A DNA stretch of 62,657 nt, the filler included, from Nemertoderma westbladi (taxonomy: Eukaryota; Animalia; Xenacoelomorpha): NCBI GenBank assembly GCA_032718475.1. It is 5 parts of 5 records of this genome, joined end to end, with 100 filler letters (N's around TTAATTAATTAA, not from the genome) between each part and the next. Parts side by side here need not be neighbours in the genome. Positions count along the whole stretch, not along the records: positions 59,121 to 62,657 come from JAUCBJ010000216.1; 4 more parts are not named here. One strand, written 5' to 3'. Position 1 is the stretch's first letter; every line of letters starts with the position of its first letter. A program made the translations under genes and the position numbers. This document shows positions 62,576-62,657 of this stretch, piece after piece. The notes beneath the pieces are model-generated. The model searched no databases and was not told the origin of the DNA. It saw only the letters and a program-made list of their open reading frames with translations.

Positions 62576-62657
62576 GACGAATTTTAACTCTTTTTTTTGT
62601 TGTTTCAATTTGTCATTAGTTCCCTATTGTTAAATTTTAAATATTGTTTTTGTTTTG

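Noticed and set aside
1-62657. tRNA, rRNA, prokaryotic operons or viral genes
   Set aside because: None recognised by eye; a covariance-model search would be needed to exclude small RNAs

Overview
AT-rich, repeat-dense eukaryotic (invertebrate-animal-like) genomic DNA. It is not one continuous locus: four identical 100-nt spacers (44 N + TTAATTAATTAA + 44 N) join five contigs (1-14720, 14821-31331, 31432-48139, 48240-59020, 59121-62657). There are two intact host genes, both single-ORF and intronless: an acid lipase (LIPA/gastric lipase family, + strand) and CLASRP (- strand). The rest is mobile or repetitive DNA: one apparently intact full-length CR1 LINE, decayed CR1/L2, RTE and CRE-type LINE fragments, Mutator-like and hAT-like non-autonomous elements with readable TSDs, two foldback-type elements, two ALDH3 pseudogene fragments, and 15-bp, 47-bp and ~165-bp satellites. 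Three things stand out. (1) Pervasive TA-duplicating micro-insertions (TA to TAGGCCTA, TACCGGTA, TACGGTA, TACAGTA, TAGCCTA), shown to be indels by comparing paralogous repeat copies; they resemble massive transposon excision footprints. (2) A Pack-MULE-like element carries an ALDH3 gene fragment with a nested hAT. (3) A 3.7-kb foldback element is flanked by a ~90-bp direct duplication. All family assignments are from motif recognition by eye; no searches were run.
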